Source: Enterococcus phage nattely. Taken from it: 64,000 nucleotides of DNA. The stretch's first letter is position 1. The number at the start of each line of letters is the position of its first letter. A program made the position numbers and the translations under genes. The notes under the pieces were generated by a model. The model made no database searches. It saw only the letters and a list, made by a program, of their open reading frames with translations, and was not told the origin of the DNA. The stretch lies in the sequence record MT119360.1; one strand, 5' to 3'. Shown here one piece after another: positions 1 through 9,123 of this stretch.

Positions 1-70
1 GAATTTCGCCTTTTTTCCTGAGGACTGTGCGGGCTATTTCGTCGACCGATGCGGATGGGTTGGTAGCCAT
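1..70 (-). CDS. 5' end of a minus-strand ORF running out of the window (MATNPSASVDEIARTVLRKKGEI...), GC-rich relative to the rest
   Basis: The reverse complement of 1-70 opens with ATG at 68-70 and stays open to the window edge. Local GC (about 55%) is far above the ~30% of the phage genes. Confidence 0.25.
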   Translation of the reverse strand, partial: MATNPSASVDEIARTVLRKKGEI

Positions 71-247
71 TTCACACTCTCAGGACAAAAATAATGAATG
101 ACTGAACACACTTTAATGCATTAATGAATGATGTGATGACACAGCACATATGTTGCACACATAAAGTTGAAGCAAAAAGTAAAAGTGTTTCACTGTCAGT
201 CACTCTCAAGCTGTCTATACTCACTATAGTAGCTATATCCTACATAC

Positions 248-285
248 CCTCAGGACGTCCCTCAGACATACCTCAGACACTACCC
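248..285. repeat. Iteron-like direct repeats CCTCAGGAC / CCTCAGAC (3 copies), with related copies near 18-28 (inverted) and 77-86
   Basis: cccTCAGGACgtcccTCAGACatacCTCAGACac read directly, plus tCCTGAGGAC near 19-28 and cTCAGGAC near 79-86, all in the non-coding left end. Confidence 0.5.
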
Positions 286-329
286 CTGCCTACTATACTC
301 TATATAATACACTACTATGATATAATATA

Positions 330-1000
330 ACAATAATATGTACTATTATGCTGTATATGTACACTATATAATGTACGTATAATGTACACCCTGAGTACAC
401 ATATAATATATATTATATATTTTGTGGTGCATATATGCTGTTATTATATAGCTGATATGCAATATATATAAATGATGTGTACACATTATGTACATTATAG
501 TGATGCAATATTATAATACAACAATATACTAACTTTATATATGATATATAATCTATATACGTGCTATATGGTATAATGGTATACAGCAATATATTTTACC
601 TGATATATATGGCATGTAATATACGGCTATCTATATACGGGTATATACGTGGATATATAGGTACTCTATGGTGTATATGTGCCTATCCTTATAGACGATA
701 TATGGTATATATAATAAGAGGATTATGACCGACTCCATGGAGTAGATAACAGATATTTATTGCATACATTTTTGCGAAGCAAAATGTATGCTCCTTACGT
801 TTTGCGAAGCAAAAACGTAAGGATTGGTAACTGCTTACTATTCTTCTTAAATATACAAATTCCTCTTATTCTAATATAAAATATCAAATAGTCTAATATA
901 TATAATATCTCCCTCTTTGATGTTTACACTTCCATGGTGTATAGTGTAAAATATCAAATATACTAATCTATATATATAGGATTCGGTGTTTTTGTGATTT
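330..1000. repeat. About 670-bp extremely AT-rich non-coding region of degenerate TATA/GTACAC repeats; candidate origin or packaging region
   Basis: No credible ORF. Dense tatata, (a)tgtacac and tataat-like reiterations. Also a near-direct repeat AAAATATCAAATA..CTAAT..TATATAT at about 877-905 and 948-978. Confidence 0.45.
770..830. promoter_or_regulatory. Nested hairpin/palindrome (TTTTGC-GAA-GCAAAA twice, embedded in a 13-bp stem CCTTACGTTTTGC/GCAAAAACGTAAGG)
   Basis: Inverted repeats read directly in tttttgcgaagcaaaatgtatgctccttacgttttgcgaagcaaaaacgtaagg. Confidence 0.4.
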
Positions 1001-1005
1001 TACAG

Positions 1006-1034
1006 TTTACAGTTGACAGTCAGTATGATATAAT
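1006..1034 (+). promoter_or_regulatory. Sigma-A-type promoter: TTTACA(1006-1011)-N17-TGaTATAAT(1029-1034)
   Basis: Consensus -35 and extended -10 with 17-nt spacer upstream of the first gene. RBS GAGGAG at about 1052. Confidence 0.6.
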
Positions 1035-1067
1035 ATAATTATCTTAAATATGAGGAGATGAGCTGAA

Positions 1068-1274
1068 TTGGAATTAGTTAAAGGACGTTTTAAAGTTGGA
1101 GACAGATTTAGACACATTCGTTATGGAAACTTGAATGTATTAAAAATTATAGAAGTCAGAGAATATGAGAGACATTTGCCAAACTATAGAGTGATTAGTG
1201 AAAATAATGGCTATAAATATTTGATTAGTGAAGATGAGTTAGTGAAATATCCAATTATTAGAAACGAGGAATAA
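1068..1274 (+). CDS. Hypothetical small protein (TTG start)
   Basis: ORF follows the promoter and a GAGGAG RBS. It may belong to the small beta-rich K-x-G-D-x-V family seen in several small ORFs here. Confidence 0.4.
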   Translation: MELVKGRFKVGDRFRHIRYGNLNVLKIIEVREYERHLPNYRVISENNGYKYLISEDELVKYPIIRNEE

Positions 1275-1277
1275 ATT

Positions 1278-2876
1278 GTGAAAAAGAATACAAAGGGAGA
1301 AATTGACTTACATTTAATTTTAGGTCAAGCTGGAAGTGGAAAGAGTAGTAAACTATTTAATATGATTGAAACTGAGATGAACGAAGGTAAAATGAGACCG
1401 ATTATCTTATGTAACAAATGGTTATTAGTTCGTTCAACTGAAAAGAAAGTTAGTAAGTTAAATGTCAACCATAATGTTCGTGTGCAAACAGTTCAATCAA
1501 TTACTGAACGAACGATTAATGTGCAGAATCAATTAGCTGGAATTGATACAATTATTTTAGATGAATTTAGTCAAATCGATTATAACACGTTGCTTTCATT
1601 AACAGATGCTTGTAAAAAAGTTGGAATTACAAGAATCGTTGCAGCAGGTGACTTCTTACAAAATGAACCGATTAAAGGTGGAAGTTATAGTCCAATGCGA
1701 TTAATTATTCGTCAATTCTTATTAGGAATTACGTCAAACTTCTTCGCTTCATTGAACTTTTATCCGATTTACGAGTGGCTAAAAGATCAATCACAATATA
1801 ACCATGGAGTGTTGGAAGTTCCTAAGGATTTGCGCACTATGCTAAAATCAATTACTTATGAAGCGCTTTTGGACAATTGGAGACAAAATGGTAAAGTAAC
1901 TATTCGTAATAGTCAAGATATGCGACAATTGTTAGCTGATAATTTATATCTATTTCAATATGATGGTGAATATAAAGATAAATTGAAAAAAGCTATTATG
2001 CGAAAAGATTGGCAGATTATAGTTGCAGATTGGAAGCAAATGGCTGTTGTTAATAAATTTGCGTATGATAATGGTTTAAATGGATGTCAAACTGATTATT
2101 ATATCGACATTCGTGGTTATCAAGATGAAAATTATCGCAACTATTATAAATTGACACAAAAAGGATATAGATTAATTAATGGTCGTGATGATTCAATTAA
2201 AGACGATTTTGAACTGATGCAATGTATTCGTCCGACATTTGCAATTATTGCTGATAGTGCACAAGGATTAGAATTTGACAACGTTATGCTTGTTTCATTA
2301 TTAGATGAAAGTGTAAATAAAGGAAGCAAATATAAAAGTTGGTCAAACTTTTCATTCAACTCATTATATATGGCAATGACTAGACACAAGATTGAAGTTG
2401 ACTTATGTGTTGATGAACATGGATGGAAAGATATGAATCGAACATTAGACATTGTGCCTTATGCGAAAAAAGATATGATTGAAGAAGAGTGGTTACATTA
2501 TTGTGCTCGTGTAAATATGCCAGCATTTGAAGCGTTAGAAATGTATAAGAACAAAAGTCACTATTTTGTGAACAATGGATATTTTGTTTCAAATATCGGT
2601 AATACTGTTGTCCGGTTCGCAAAAGGTACTAAAACGTTTGATATTGGATTAAAACCAGATTATACTCTTTTAAAATTATGGAAACAATATCACCCTAACA
2701 TTATTGATGAAAATGTTGAAAAAACATTGAAAAAAAGTAAAACAAACAATAGTAACACTGTTATTTTAGATTGGATTAATGAAATTGGTAAAGAAAATAT
2801 TGATATGAGTTTATCAGTTCGTAAATTCAAAGCAAAATATGGAAAAACAAAAAGTCAAGTTGAAAAATATTTATAA
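1278..2876 (+). CDS. SF1B DNA helicase (Pif1/Dda/RecD-like P-loop ATPase)
   Basis: Walker A GQAGSGKSS, Walker B IILDEFSQ, and motif III AAGDFLQNEPI (GDFxQLPPV-like). GTG start after RBS GAGGAA. Confidence 0.65.
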   Translation: MKKNTKGEIDLHLILGQAGSGKSSKLFNMIETEMNEGKMRPIILCNKWLLVRSTEKKVSKLNVNHNVRVQTVQSITERTINVQNQLAGIDTIILDEFSQIDYNTLLSLTDACKKVGITRIVAAGDFLQNEPIKGGSYSPMRLIIRQFLLGITSNFFASLNFYPIYEWLKDQSQYNHGVLEVPKDLRTMLKSITYEALLDNWRQNGKVTIRNSQDMRQLLADNLYLFQYDGEYKDKLKKAIMRKDWQIIVADWKQMAVVNKFAYDNGLNGCQTDYYIDIRGYQDENYRNYYKLTQKGYRLINGRDDSIKDDFELMQCIRPTFAIIADSAQGLEFDNVMLVSLLDESVNKGSKYKSWSNFSFNSLYMAMTRHKIEVDLCVDEHGWKDMNRTLDIVPYAKKDMIEEEWLHYCARVNMPAFEALEMYKNKSHYFVNNGYFVSNIGNTVVRFAKGTKTFDIGLKPDYTLLKLWKQYHPNIIDENVEKTLKKSKTNNSNTVILDWINEIGKENIDMSLSVRKFKAKYGKTKSQVEKYL

Positions 2877-2961
2877 AAAATATAGGAGGAAAGTGTTTAC
2901 TTTCTTCCTTTTTCATGATATAATATAAATATAAAATAATAAAAGAAAAAGAGGTAAGAAA

Positions 2962-4926
2962 ATGGACTTTAAAAGATATAATGAAAGAGAGGCAAAGCAG
3001 TATACAGCACACTTGTGTTACCAGTTAGGAATTGTTTACAACATTGCTAAACTGATTGCAGAAGATGAACCAACATTTACTGCATTGAACAAAGCTTATA
3101 AAAACAAAGATGACGAATCATATGATAAGGCATTCAATTTATTAAAACAAATACAAGGTGTTGGACCAAAACGTGCAGCTTTATATTTAGAAAAATATTA
3201 TGAAAATCCATATCGTTCTATCAACTGGGAAATGTTTAATATTTTACAAAAATATCAAAAAGTTACTGGTTGGTCAGATAATCGATTATATGATTTAGCT
3301 CGTCGTATTGATGATCCTTCAAAAATTTGGGACACATTTTTATATGATAGTTCAATCACATTGCCAATTGCTATCGAAATTTATAAAATGACAACTGAAG
3401 ATGATGTTTATTTACAAAACCAAACTATTGAATATTTTTCAAATTTCGTTAAGTTACGCGAAATTCAAAATGGACAAAATCGTCTTACAGTACAGAAATT
3501 CAATATTAACAAAGAATTAAATGAGAAATATGACGTTTTCTTAGAAGTGAAAGATTCAGTTATGTTGAAAAATACCGCTATGGATTATGTTACAATTCTC
3601 AAATATTTTAATGAAAATAAAGATAGTGAATTAATCTTTGAATTAAATGAGGATATTGATGTATCAGATTTTGGATCGGATCAGTTGGTTGCATTTGAGA
3701 AATTAAGATGTAAAAAGACAATGATGTTGACTGGTTTTGCTGGAACGGGTAAAACCTACATGTTAGACAAATATATCAAAAATTTAATTGGCGCGAAGGT
3801 TTACGCTTGTGCACTCGCGGGTAAAGCTGTTAAAAACTTTGTGAATGCAATGAGTCCAGATAGTATGAGAAAAGTTACACAATCCACGGTGGCTGGACTT
3901 CGATATGTTCCAAAGTATCAAAGTGAATTACATGATTCGACTATTGTCATTGTTGATGAAGTCTCCATGGTGTCTATGTCTGATTTAGCATTTATCATTA
4001 GAAACTTAGACGATGAACAAAAGCTCATTTTAATTGGAGATATTAATCAGTTACCAGCTATTGAGTTGGATGTTATGAATTGGTTAGTAAATGATGGAGA
4101 AATTGAATTAGTTACTTTAGACATTCCAAAACGTCAAAGTGCAGATTCCGGAATTTTTAAAGACAGTATGTCTATTATTCGTAAAGAAGTTCCTGATTTT
4201 AACACAGAAGATAGTCAAGTTAGAATTGGTGCAACAACAGTTCAAAAAATTATTTATGAAAATCGTGATGCAGACATTTTTCTAACAACAACGAATCAAG
4301 TGAAGGATATTATTAATGAAGTCAAATCCAATGAGGTTCGTCAAATTCCAAATCATTCCGTATTTAAAAATAAATTATATAAACAAGAAGTCGAATTCCA
4401 CGAAGGTTATCAAATTATGATTGGTAAAAACAATGTTGACACTGGTTTAATGAATGGTGATATTTTTGTTATTAATTACGAAGGACATTTAACCGATCCT
4501 TATACAGGAGAAATCGCAAGAGATTTAGATGGAAAACCTCTTAAAATAGGAGAAAATCGTGATTATGTTGATGCTGGCTTTGGTGGAAAAAGTAATATTA
4601 TCGACACCACGGCACATAACGTTCAAATGGCATTTGCTATTACGACACATAAGAGCCAAGGTTCGACTATGATGAAAGGTGTCACTGTTATGGGTAAAGG
4701 TCCATTAGCTAATCGTAATTTATTATATACAGCTTTAACACGTTTTAAAGAAAAACATGTGTTATACTTACCAGATGAAACTTTATTAGATACAATTTTA
4801 AATACTGATGTAAAATATGAAAAATTATCTAAAGAAGACCAACAATTTTTAACTGAAATTGTTGAATTAGAAAAAAAGAAAGAGGTAGGTACTAATGGTG
4901 CAAATGATACAGCAGAAATTTTTTAA
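2962..4926 (+). CDS. recD: RecD2-like ATP-dependent DNA helicase (SF1B)
   Basis: GFAGTGKTY Walker A, VIVDEVSM Walker B, GDINQLPAI, TTHKSQGST and ALTRFK motifs. N-terminal QGVGPKRAALYL HhH-like segment. Confidence 0.85.
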   Translation: MDFKRYNEREAKQYTAHLCYQLGIVYNIAKLIAEDEPTFTALNKAYKNKDDESYDKAFNLLKQIQGVGPKRAALYLEKYYENPYRSINWEMFNILQKYQKVTGWSDNRLYDLARRIDDPSKIWDTFLYDSSITLPIAIEIYKMTTEDDVYLQNQTIEYFSNFVKLREIQNGQNRLTVQKFNINKELNEKYDVFLEVKDSVMLKNTAMDYVTILKYFNENKDSELIFELNEDIDVSDFGSDQLVAFEKLRCKKTMMLTGFAGTGKTYMLDKYIKNLIGAKVYACALAGKAVKNFVNAMSPDSMRKVTQSTVAGLRYVPKYQSELHDSTIVIVDEVSMVSMSDLAFIIRNLDDEQKLILIGDINQLPAIELDVMNWLVNDGEIELVTLDIPKRQSADSGIFKDSMSIIRKEVPDFNTEDSQVRIGATTVQKIIYENRDADIFLTTTNQVKDIINEVKSNEVRQIPNHSVFKNKLYKQEVEFHEGYQIMIGKNNVDTGLMNGDIFVINYEGHLTDPYTGEIARDLDGKPLKIGENRDYVDAGFGGKSNIIDTTAHNVQMAFAITTHKSQGSTMMKGVTVMGKGPLANRNLLYTALTRFKEKHVLYLPDETLLDTILNTDVKYEKLSKEDQQFLTEIVELEKKKEVGTNGANDTAEIF

Positions 4927-4936
4927 AGGTCAGACC

Positions 4937-5431
4937 ATGGAGGTAGTTGGTGCTCTCAATGACGAAAATTATAACATTTATCTTTTACACATGGGAGATT
5001 TTTGTCAAATTGTAGAAGAATTAGAATATGATAAATATTTAGTGCAATTTGAAAATGGTAAAAAATATGTTTTACGTGGAAAATGTTTATCACCAAGTTC
5101 ATTTCCTTTTATTGATAAATCAACAATTATCATAGCTAATAATATAGGAGATTTTAACAACGTTAAATATGACGCAGATAAAAAAGCTTTCTGTTTTGAA
5201 TTAAAACATTTAGTGGATATTGTTTACTCCACGAAGGATATTCAGAAATTACGTTCAGTCGGATATACTAATTTTTCTACAGTGATCAATGAGAAAATAT
5301 TTGAAATTTGTAGACAGCATGGATTAGAAAATGCCACCATGGAGGAAGCAGCAGAACTCTTTAGTTATTTTATGAAAAAAGATTATGATCGTGCTATTGA
5401 GAAATATGGTGAACTCCATGGAATTCGATAA
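4937..5431 (+). CDS. Hypothetical protein
   Basis: ORF. ATG at 4937 chosen (RBS AAAGG just after the upstream stop) rather than the overlapping 4895 start. Confidence 0.4.
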   Translation: MEVVGALNDENYNIYLLHMGDFCQIVEELEYDKYLVQFENGKKYVLRGKCLSPSSFPFIDKSTIIIANNIGDFNNVKYDADKKAFCFELKHLVDIVYSTKDIQKLRSVGYTNFSTVINEKIFEICRQHGLENATMEEAAELFSYFMKKDYDRAIEKYGELHGIR

Positions 5432-5711
5432 TAAACTCTTATTGGAAAAATATTTTTTAGATATGTGCGATTATGAGTGGCAGAAACAAATAATTAAGAG
5501 AATTTTGGTTGACAAAGAGATAAACTCTTTTGTTATTAAAACTCCACGTAATCGTGGAAAAACCTTGTTTTTTAATACACTTCAGCATATTTGCTTACAA
5601 AATCAATATAATTTACAAAATCGAAAGGTAGGCTATAAATGGACACCATTATCACAAAAATTATTACTTCAATATCAATTGACTCCTTTATCGCCACAAT
5701 TTCTACAATAG
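5385..5711 (+). CDS. Hypothetical protein (start uncertain)
   Basis: ORF overlapping the previous gene. Weak RBS. Confidence 0.3.
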   Translation: MIVLLRNMVNSMEFDNKLLLEKYFLDMCDYEWQKQIIKRILVDKEINSFVIKTPRNRGKTLFFNTLQHICLQNQYNLQNRKVGYKWTPLSQKLLLQYQLTPLSPQFLQ

Positions 5712-5766
5712 GTTTTATAATACTATTTTTAGTATTAGCATACAATGATAAAAAAGATTAAAAAAA

Positions 5767-5792
5767 ATAGGAAAAAATTCCTATTTTTTTTA
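5767..5792 (+). terminator. Rho-independent terminator (TAGGA-AAAAAT-TCCTA plus T-run)
   Basis: Hairpin followed by tttttttt, directly upstream of the next promoter. Confidence 0.5.
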
Positions 5793-5809
5793 ATATTATG
5801 AAAAAACTG

Positions 5810-5838
5810 TTTACAATTGTATCAGTTTGTTATATAAT
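5810..5838 (+). promoter_or_regulatory. Promoter TTTACA(5810-5815)-N17-TATAAT(5833-5838)
   Basis: Consensus elements with the exact 17-nt spacing shared by the other promoters in this window. Confidence 0.6.
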
Positions 5839-5870
5839 ATAAATATAAAATAAAGAACGGAGAGAAGTAA

Positions 5871-6182
5871 ATGTACGAAAAATTAATTAAACATGATAAT
5901 GTTGGAAAATATTATCTAGTGGATAGTGACAGATTTATCTTTAAATTGGATGGAGTTAGTCGACTTCAAGCTTATAATTTTTTAATTGAAATTGGAGTGA
6001 TAAATGAATTTCAAGCATGGAGATGTGGAATTGAAAATTATGTCCAAACAATTGATAAAATTTTAGATGGAACTTTAAGAATTGGACGATTCAAATTTTA
6101 TAGAGTTTCACAACATACAGAGACATTAGATGAACAATTAAAAATTGAACGAAAAAGATCTTGGGAGGTAAGAACAAAATGA
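5871..6182 (+). CDS. Hypothetical protein
   Basis: ORF with RBS GGAGAGAAG. Confidence 0.5.
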   Translation: MYEKLIKHDNVGKYYLVDSDRFIFKLDGVSRLQAYNFLIEIGVINEFQAWRCGIENYVQTIDKILDGTLRIGRFKFYRVSQHTETLDEQLKIERKRSWEVRTK

Positions 6183-6616
6183 ATATTACAAAAGTTGCAA
6201 ATCAAAAAATACATGTATCAGACCATTGTATTGAACGTTATCGAGAACGAATTATGGCACATAGACACTGGAATGAACCAGAAACAAAAACTGAAACAAT
6301 TAAAAAAATTAAACGTGAAATCGATCCACGTAATATTTTAAAAGTTGTGTATTATGGAGATGATTATAAATTTGTATTCACTAAAAAACACACCGAATTT
6401 CGCTTTGAAAAAAGTAATGATAGAAAATTTTGGGTATTAGTAACTTGTGTAAGATACACACGTTTATTAGCTAGTGAAGAACCATGTGATATTGAACAAA
6501 TTCGTGAAGGCCATGTTTATGGAATTAGAACAGCAGTAAAAATTCGTGAAAAAAAGAAAAAAATGTATGAAGAGCATAAATTAAAAGAAAAAGATATGAA
6601 GGAGATTATGGACTAA
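6179..6616 (+). CDS. Hypothetical protein
   Basis: ORF. ATG at 6179 follows RBS GGGAGGTAAG. Confidence 0.5.
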   Translation: MNITKVANQKIHVSDHCIERYRERIMAHRHWNEPETKTETIKKIKREIDPRNILKVVYYGDDYKFVFTKKHTEFRFEKSNDRKFWVLVTCVRYTRLLASEEPCDIEQIREGHVYGIRTAVKIREKKKKMYEEHKLKEKDMKEIMD

Positions 6617-6870
6617 TGAAAAACATTAAAGCTGGAGATATGGTTCGTGTTATAAAAATAACAGATTTTGACATAGAAAGAGGAATTGAACTTGATATGT
6701 TATTAGTTGTTGAAGATAATTCAACAAAAGATTTACGAGGACTTTTTGTTCAAAATCCATTTGACCCACGATTTAAAGGTGTTCCAACAATTAACTACAT
6801 GTTTGAAGATCAAATTGAGTTAGCAATTTCAAAAAGAGATGAAAATGATTTTAAAGAAGGAGTTAAATAA
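6616..6870 (+). CDS. Hypothetical small protein
   Basis: ORF with RBS AAGGAG. N-terminal KAGDMVRV motif. Confidence 0.5.
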   Translation: MKNIKAGDMVRVIKITDFDIERGIELDMLLVVEDNSTKDLRGLFVQNPFDPRFKGVPTINYMFEDQIELAISKRDENDFKEGVK

Positions 6871-6872
6871 CC

Positions 6873-7106
6873 ATGGATATAATGACAAAAATGGCAGAAG
6901 AAAAAGCTAAACAAATTGAAGAACAATGCTTTATGGATGAAGCACAATATTTAATTAAATTATATTTAGATACTGTTAAAGATAGAGAAGAACAAAAAAT
7001 AAAAATTGCAAAATTAGAAAAAGAACTTAGTGATGAAAAACTAAAATTTGATAAATTAAATAACAAAACCCAAGAAATTTTTAGAAAAGTTAAAGATAAA
7101 TTATAA
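6873..7106 (+). CDS. Hypothetical coiled-coil protein
   Basis: ORF with RBS AAGGAG. Confidence 0.5.
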   Translation: MDIMTKMAEEKAKQIEEQCFMDEAQYLIKLYLDTVKDREEQKIKIAKLEKELSDEKLKFDKLNNKTQEIFRKVKDKL

Positions 7107-7137
7107 AATATTATAAAACGAAAAGAGGAAATTATTA

Positions 7138-8424
7138 ATGGAATGGTTTGAAATTTTAGAAGAAGTAAGTTTGGCAAAAGGTAAAGAAAAGATTGAAATA
7201 TTAAAAGAGCATAAAGATAATACGACTCTACCTGTTATTTTAAACTTTTTATATAATCCACGCATTGTAACTGGTATTAGCAAAAAGAAAATGGGTAAAG
7301 AATTAGATTCCATACAAATTGTAAATTTCCATGGAGTAACTAATAGAGTAATTTCAATTATTGAATATTTAACTGAAAATAACACAGGAAAAGATCAAGA
7401 TATTATACGTGTAAAATCATTAATTGAAACAACAGATGATATGAAAGAACGTCAATTTTTGGAATCTTTAGTTGTTAAAGATATGCCAATTGGAATTAGT
7501 GCAAATTCAGTTAACAAAGTATGGCCAAAATTAATTCCAACTTTCAAGTTACAAAAAGGACAATTATTTGAAGGTAAATTTGATGGTCCACAATTAGTAT
7601 CATTAAAATTAGATGGAAATAGTGCAACAGTCTTCAATTTAGAAGAGAAAACTTATATGCTCTCAAGAAGTGGTGCGATTATGGAAGGTTTTGACCATAT
7701 TCTCAATTATTATCGTCGTATTTTGCCTTTCGGATATGTTTATCAAGGTGAATTAATTGCTAAAAATTATAACAATTTAGACCATGGAGAATTATTCCGT
7801 TATTCAAATGGTATTACAAATAGTAAGAAAAATGATGAAAAGACAATGTTGCAACATGTTGTATTTGATGTAATTCCAATTGAGGACTTTGAAAAAGGAA
7901 AGAGTGACATGGTTTATGTTGATAGAATCTCAATTGCGCAGTCTTGCGTTGAGGAATATCAACCTTACGGAGAAACGTATAAAAACGTCTGTGTTGTGCC
8001 TTTCTATTCTCATACGACAAAAATTGAAAATATTATGAATTTAGCAAATGAAGTGATTAAAGATGGATTAGAAGGTTTGATGATTTGTACGTCAGATTCC
8101 AAATATAAAGTTGGTAAACAAAAGTGGCTGCAAAAAGTTAAAGAGTTTAACACAATGGACTTAGAAGTTATTGACATAAAAGAGCACGTTCGTGGTGGGA
8201 AAGTTGGAGCTCTTATTGTAAATTATAAAAATAATGAAATCGGTGTTGGCGGAATTACTGATGAATTAAGAGAAAAATGGTGGAATAATCCGAATGAAAT
8301 CATTGGTAAGATTATTGAAGTAAAATATTTCCGCTCCACGACGGATAAACATGGAAAAGAATCACTCCGTTTTCCTACTTTCGTCCGTGTACGTGAAGAT
8401 AAATTTGAAGAAAGTTTTGACTAA
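7138..8424 (+). CDS. lig: ATP-dependent DNA ligase
   Basis: Motif I KxDG (SLKLDGNSAT), LEGLMIC adenylation-domain motif, C-terminal OB-like region. RBS AAGAGGAA. Confidence 0.8.
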   Translation: MEWFEILEEVSLAKGKEKIEILKEHKDNTTLPVILNFLYNPRIVTGISKKKMGKELDSIQIVNFHGVTNRVISIIEYLTENNTGKDQDIIRVKSLIETTDDMKERQFLESLVVKDMPIGISANSVNKVWPKLIPTFKLQKGQLFEGKFDGPQLVSLKLDGNSATVFNLEEKTYMLSRSGAIMEGFDHILNYYRRILPFGYVYQGELIAKNYNNLDHGELFRYSNGITNSKKNDEKTMLQHVVFDVIPIEDFEKGKSDMVYVDRISIAQSCVEEYQPYGETYKNVCVVPFYSHTTKIENIMNLANEVIKDGLEGLMICTSDSKYKVGKQKWLQKVKEFNTMDLEVIDIKEHVRGGKVGALIVNYKNNEIGVGGITDELREKWWNNPNEIIGKIIEVKYFRSTTDKHGKESLRFPTFVRVREDKFEESFD

Positions 8425-8438
8425 GAAAGGAGATTCTT

Positions 8439-8630
8439 ATGTTTAATTGTGATTATGAAATGGTCATGAAAAGGGAATTTAATTATTTGTTACAAAATGG
8501 AAAATTAAGTGATTGGGCATTAAAAAATTTACCTCCAAGTAAAAAAGAAACATTATTTAATGCACTTGAAGCAAAAATTGATGGCGAAGCAACTGCAAAT
8601 GGACTATCTGAAATAATTGAACACAAATAG
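8439..8630 (+). CDS. Hypothetical protein
   Basis: ORF with RBS AAGGAG. Confidence 0.45.
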   Translation: MFNCDYEMVMKREFNYLLQNGKLSDWALKNLPPSKKETLFNALEAKIDGEATANGLSEIIEHK

Positions 8631-8642
8631 TTTTTTAGTGTT

Positions 8643-8690
8643 TTCGAAAGGTTGACCTTATAACCTTTCGGAAGCACTATTTTAAAATAA
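8643..8690 (+). terminator. Rho-independent terminator (TTCGAAAGGTT / AACCTTTCGGAA hairpin)
   Basis: Inverted repeat followed by a T-rich tract. Confidence 0.5.
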
Positions 8691-8738
8691 AAATTAGATT
8701 TTATTTTAAAAATTTGCATTTTTTTTATTAAAAAACTG

Positions 8739-8809
8739 TTTACAAATCGCAACTTATGTATTATAATAAATATATAATAAATAAACAAATAAAAAATAGA
8801 AAGTAGGAA
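8739..8809 (+). promoter_or_regulatory. Class-B promoter plus conserved leader: CTGTTTACA(8739-8744)-N17-TATAAT(8762-8767), then ATAAATATATAATAAATAAACAAA leader
   Basis: The same roughly 45-nt element recurs at least 9 times in the window. Confidence 0.55.
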
Positions 8810-8815
8810 ATGACA

Positions 8816-9031
8816 ATGGAAAACAAAAAACAAATGATGGAAAACAAAATTAACGAATTAAGAAAAGAAGCTGGTAAATTATATGAAGATTTAGATAAAG
8901 CTTTTGCAGCAAATGACATTAAATTATATGATGAAATTGGTGATGTTATGAGCGCAAAATACGAAGAATCTCGTAAATTAATCGTTGAATTTAATGCAAC
9001 ATTTGGTGAACCACCACATTTAAACTGGTAA
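8816..9031 (+). CDS. Small conserved protein, paralogue of 57588..57797
   Basis: MENKINELRKEAG...GDVMSAKYEE...EFNATFGE is roughly 55-60% identical to the ORF at 57588. Confidence 0.55.
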   Translation: MENKKQMMENKINELRKEAGKLYEDLDKAFAANDIKLYDEIGDVMSAKYEESRKLIVEFNATFGEPPHLNW

Positions 9032-9123
9032 AAAAATAGAGCCAACGGTTTACAAATCAGTAAATCGTTGGTATAATATAAATATAGATGATGATAATAA
9101 AAAAAAAGAAAGAAGAGATAATT

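Noticed and set aside
124-330. 68-aa ORF in the left-end region
   Set aside because: It lies wholly inside the iteron/AT-repeat non-coding region and has no RBS. Its sequence is low-complexity, reflecting CCTCAG and TATA repeats. Treated as spurious.
2144-2622. Minus-strand ORFs (2144-2452, 2380-2622) and the many other 60-120-aa minus-strand ORFs nested inside plus-strand genes (for example 6863-7177, 7101-7385, 12745-13020, 18889-19140, 24663-24938, 36082-36399, 44973-45269, 50617-51200, 54800-55321)
   Set aside because: They are embedded antisense within well-supported genes, lack RBS or promoters, and have the low-complexity F/L/I/S-rich composition typical of AT-rich antisense frames.
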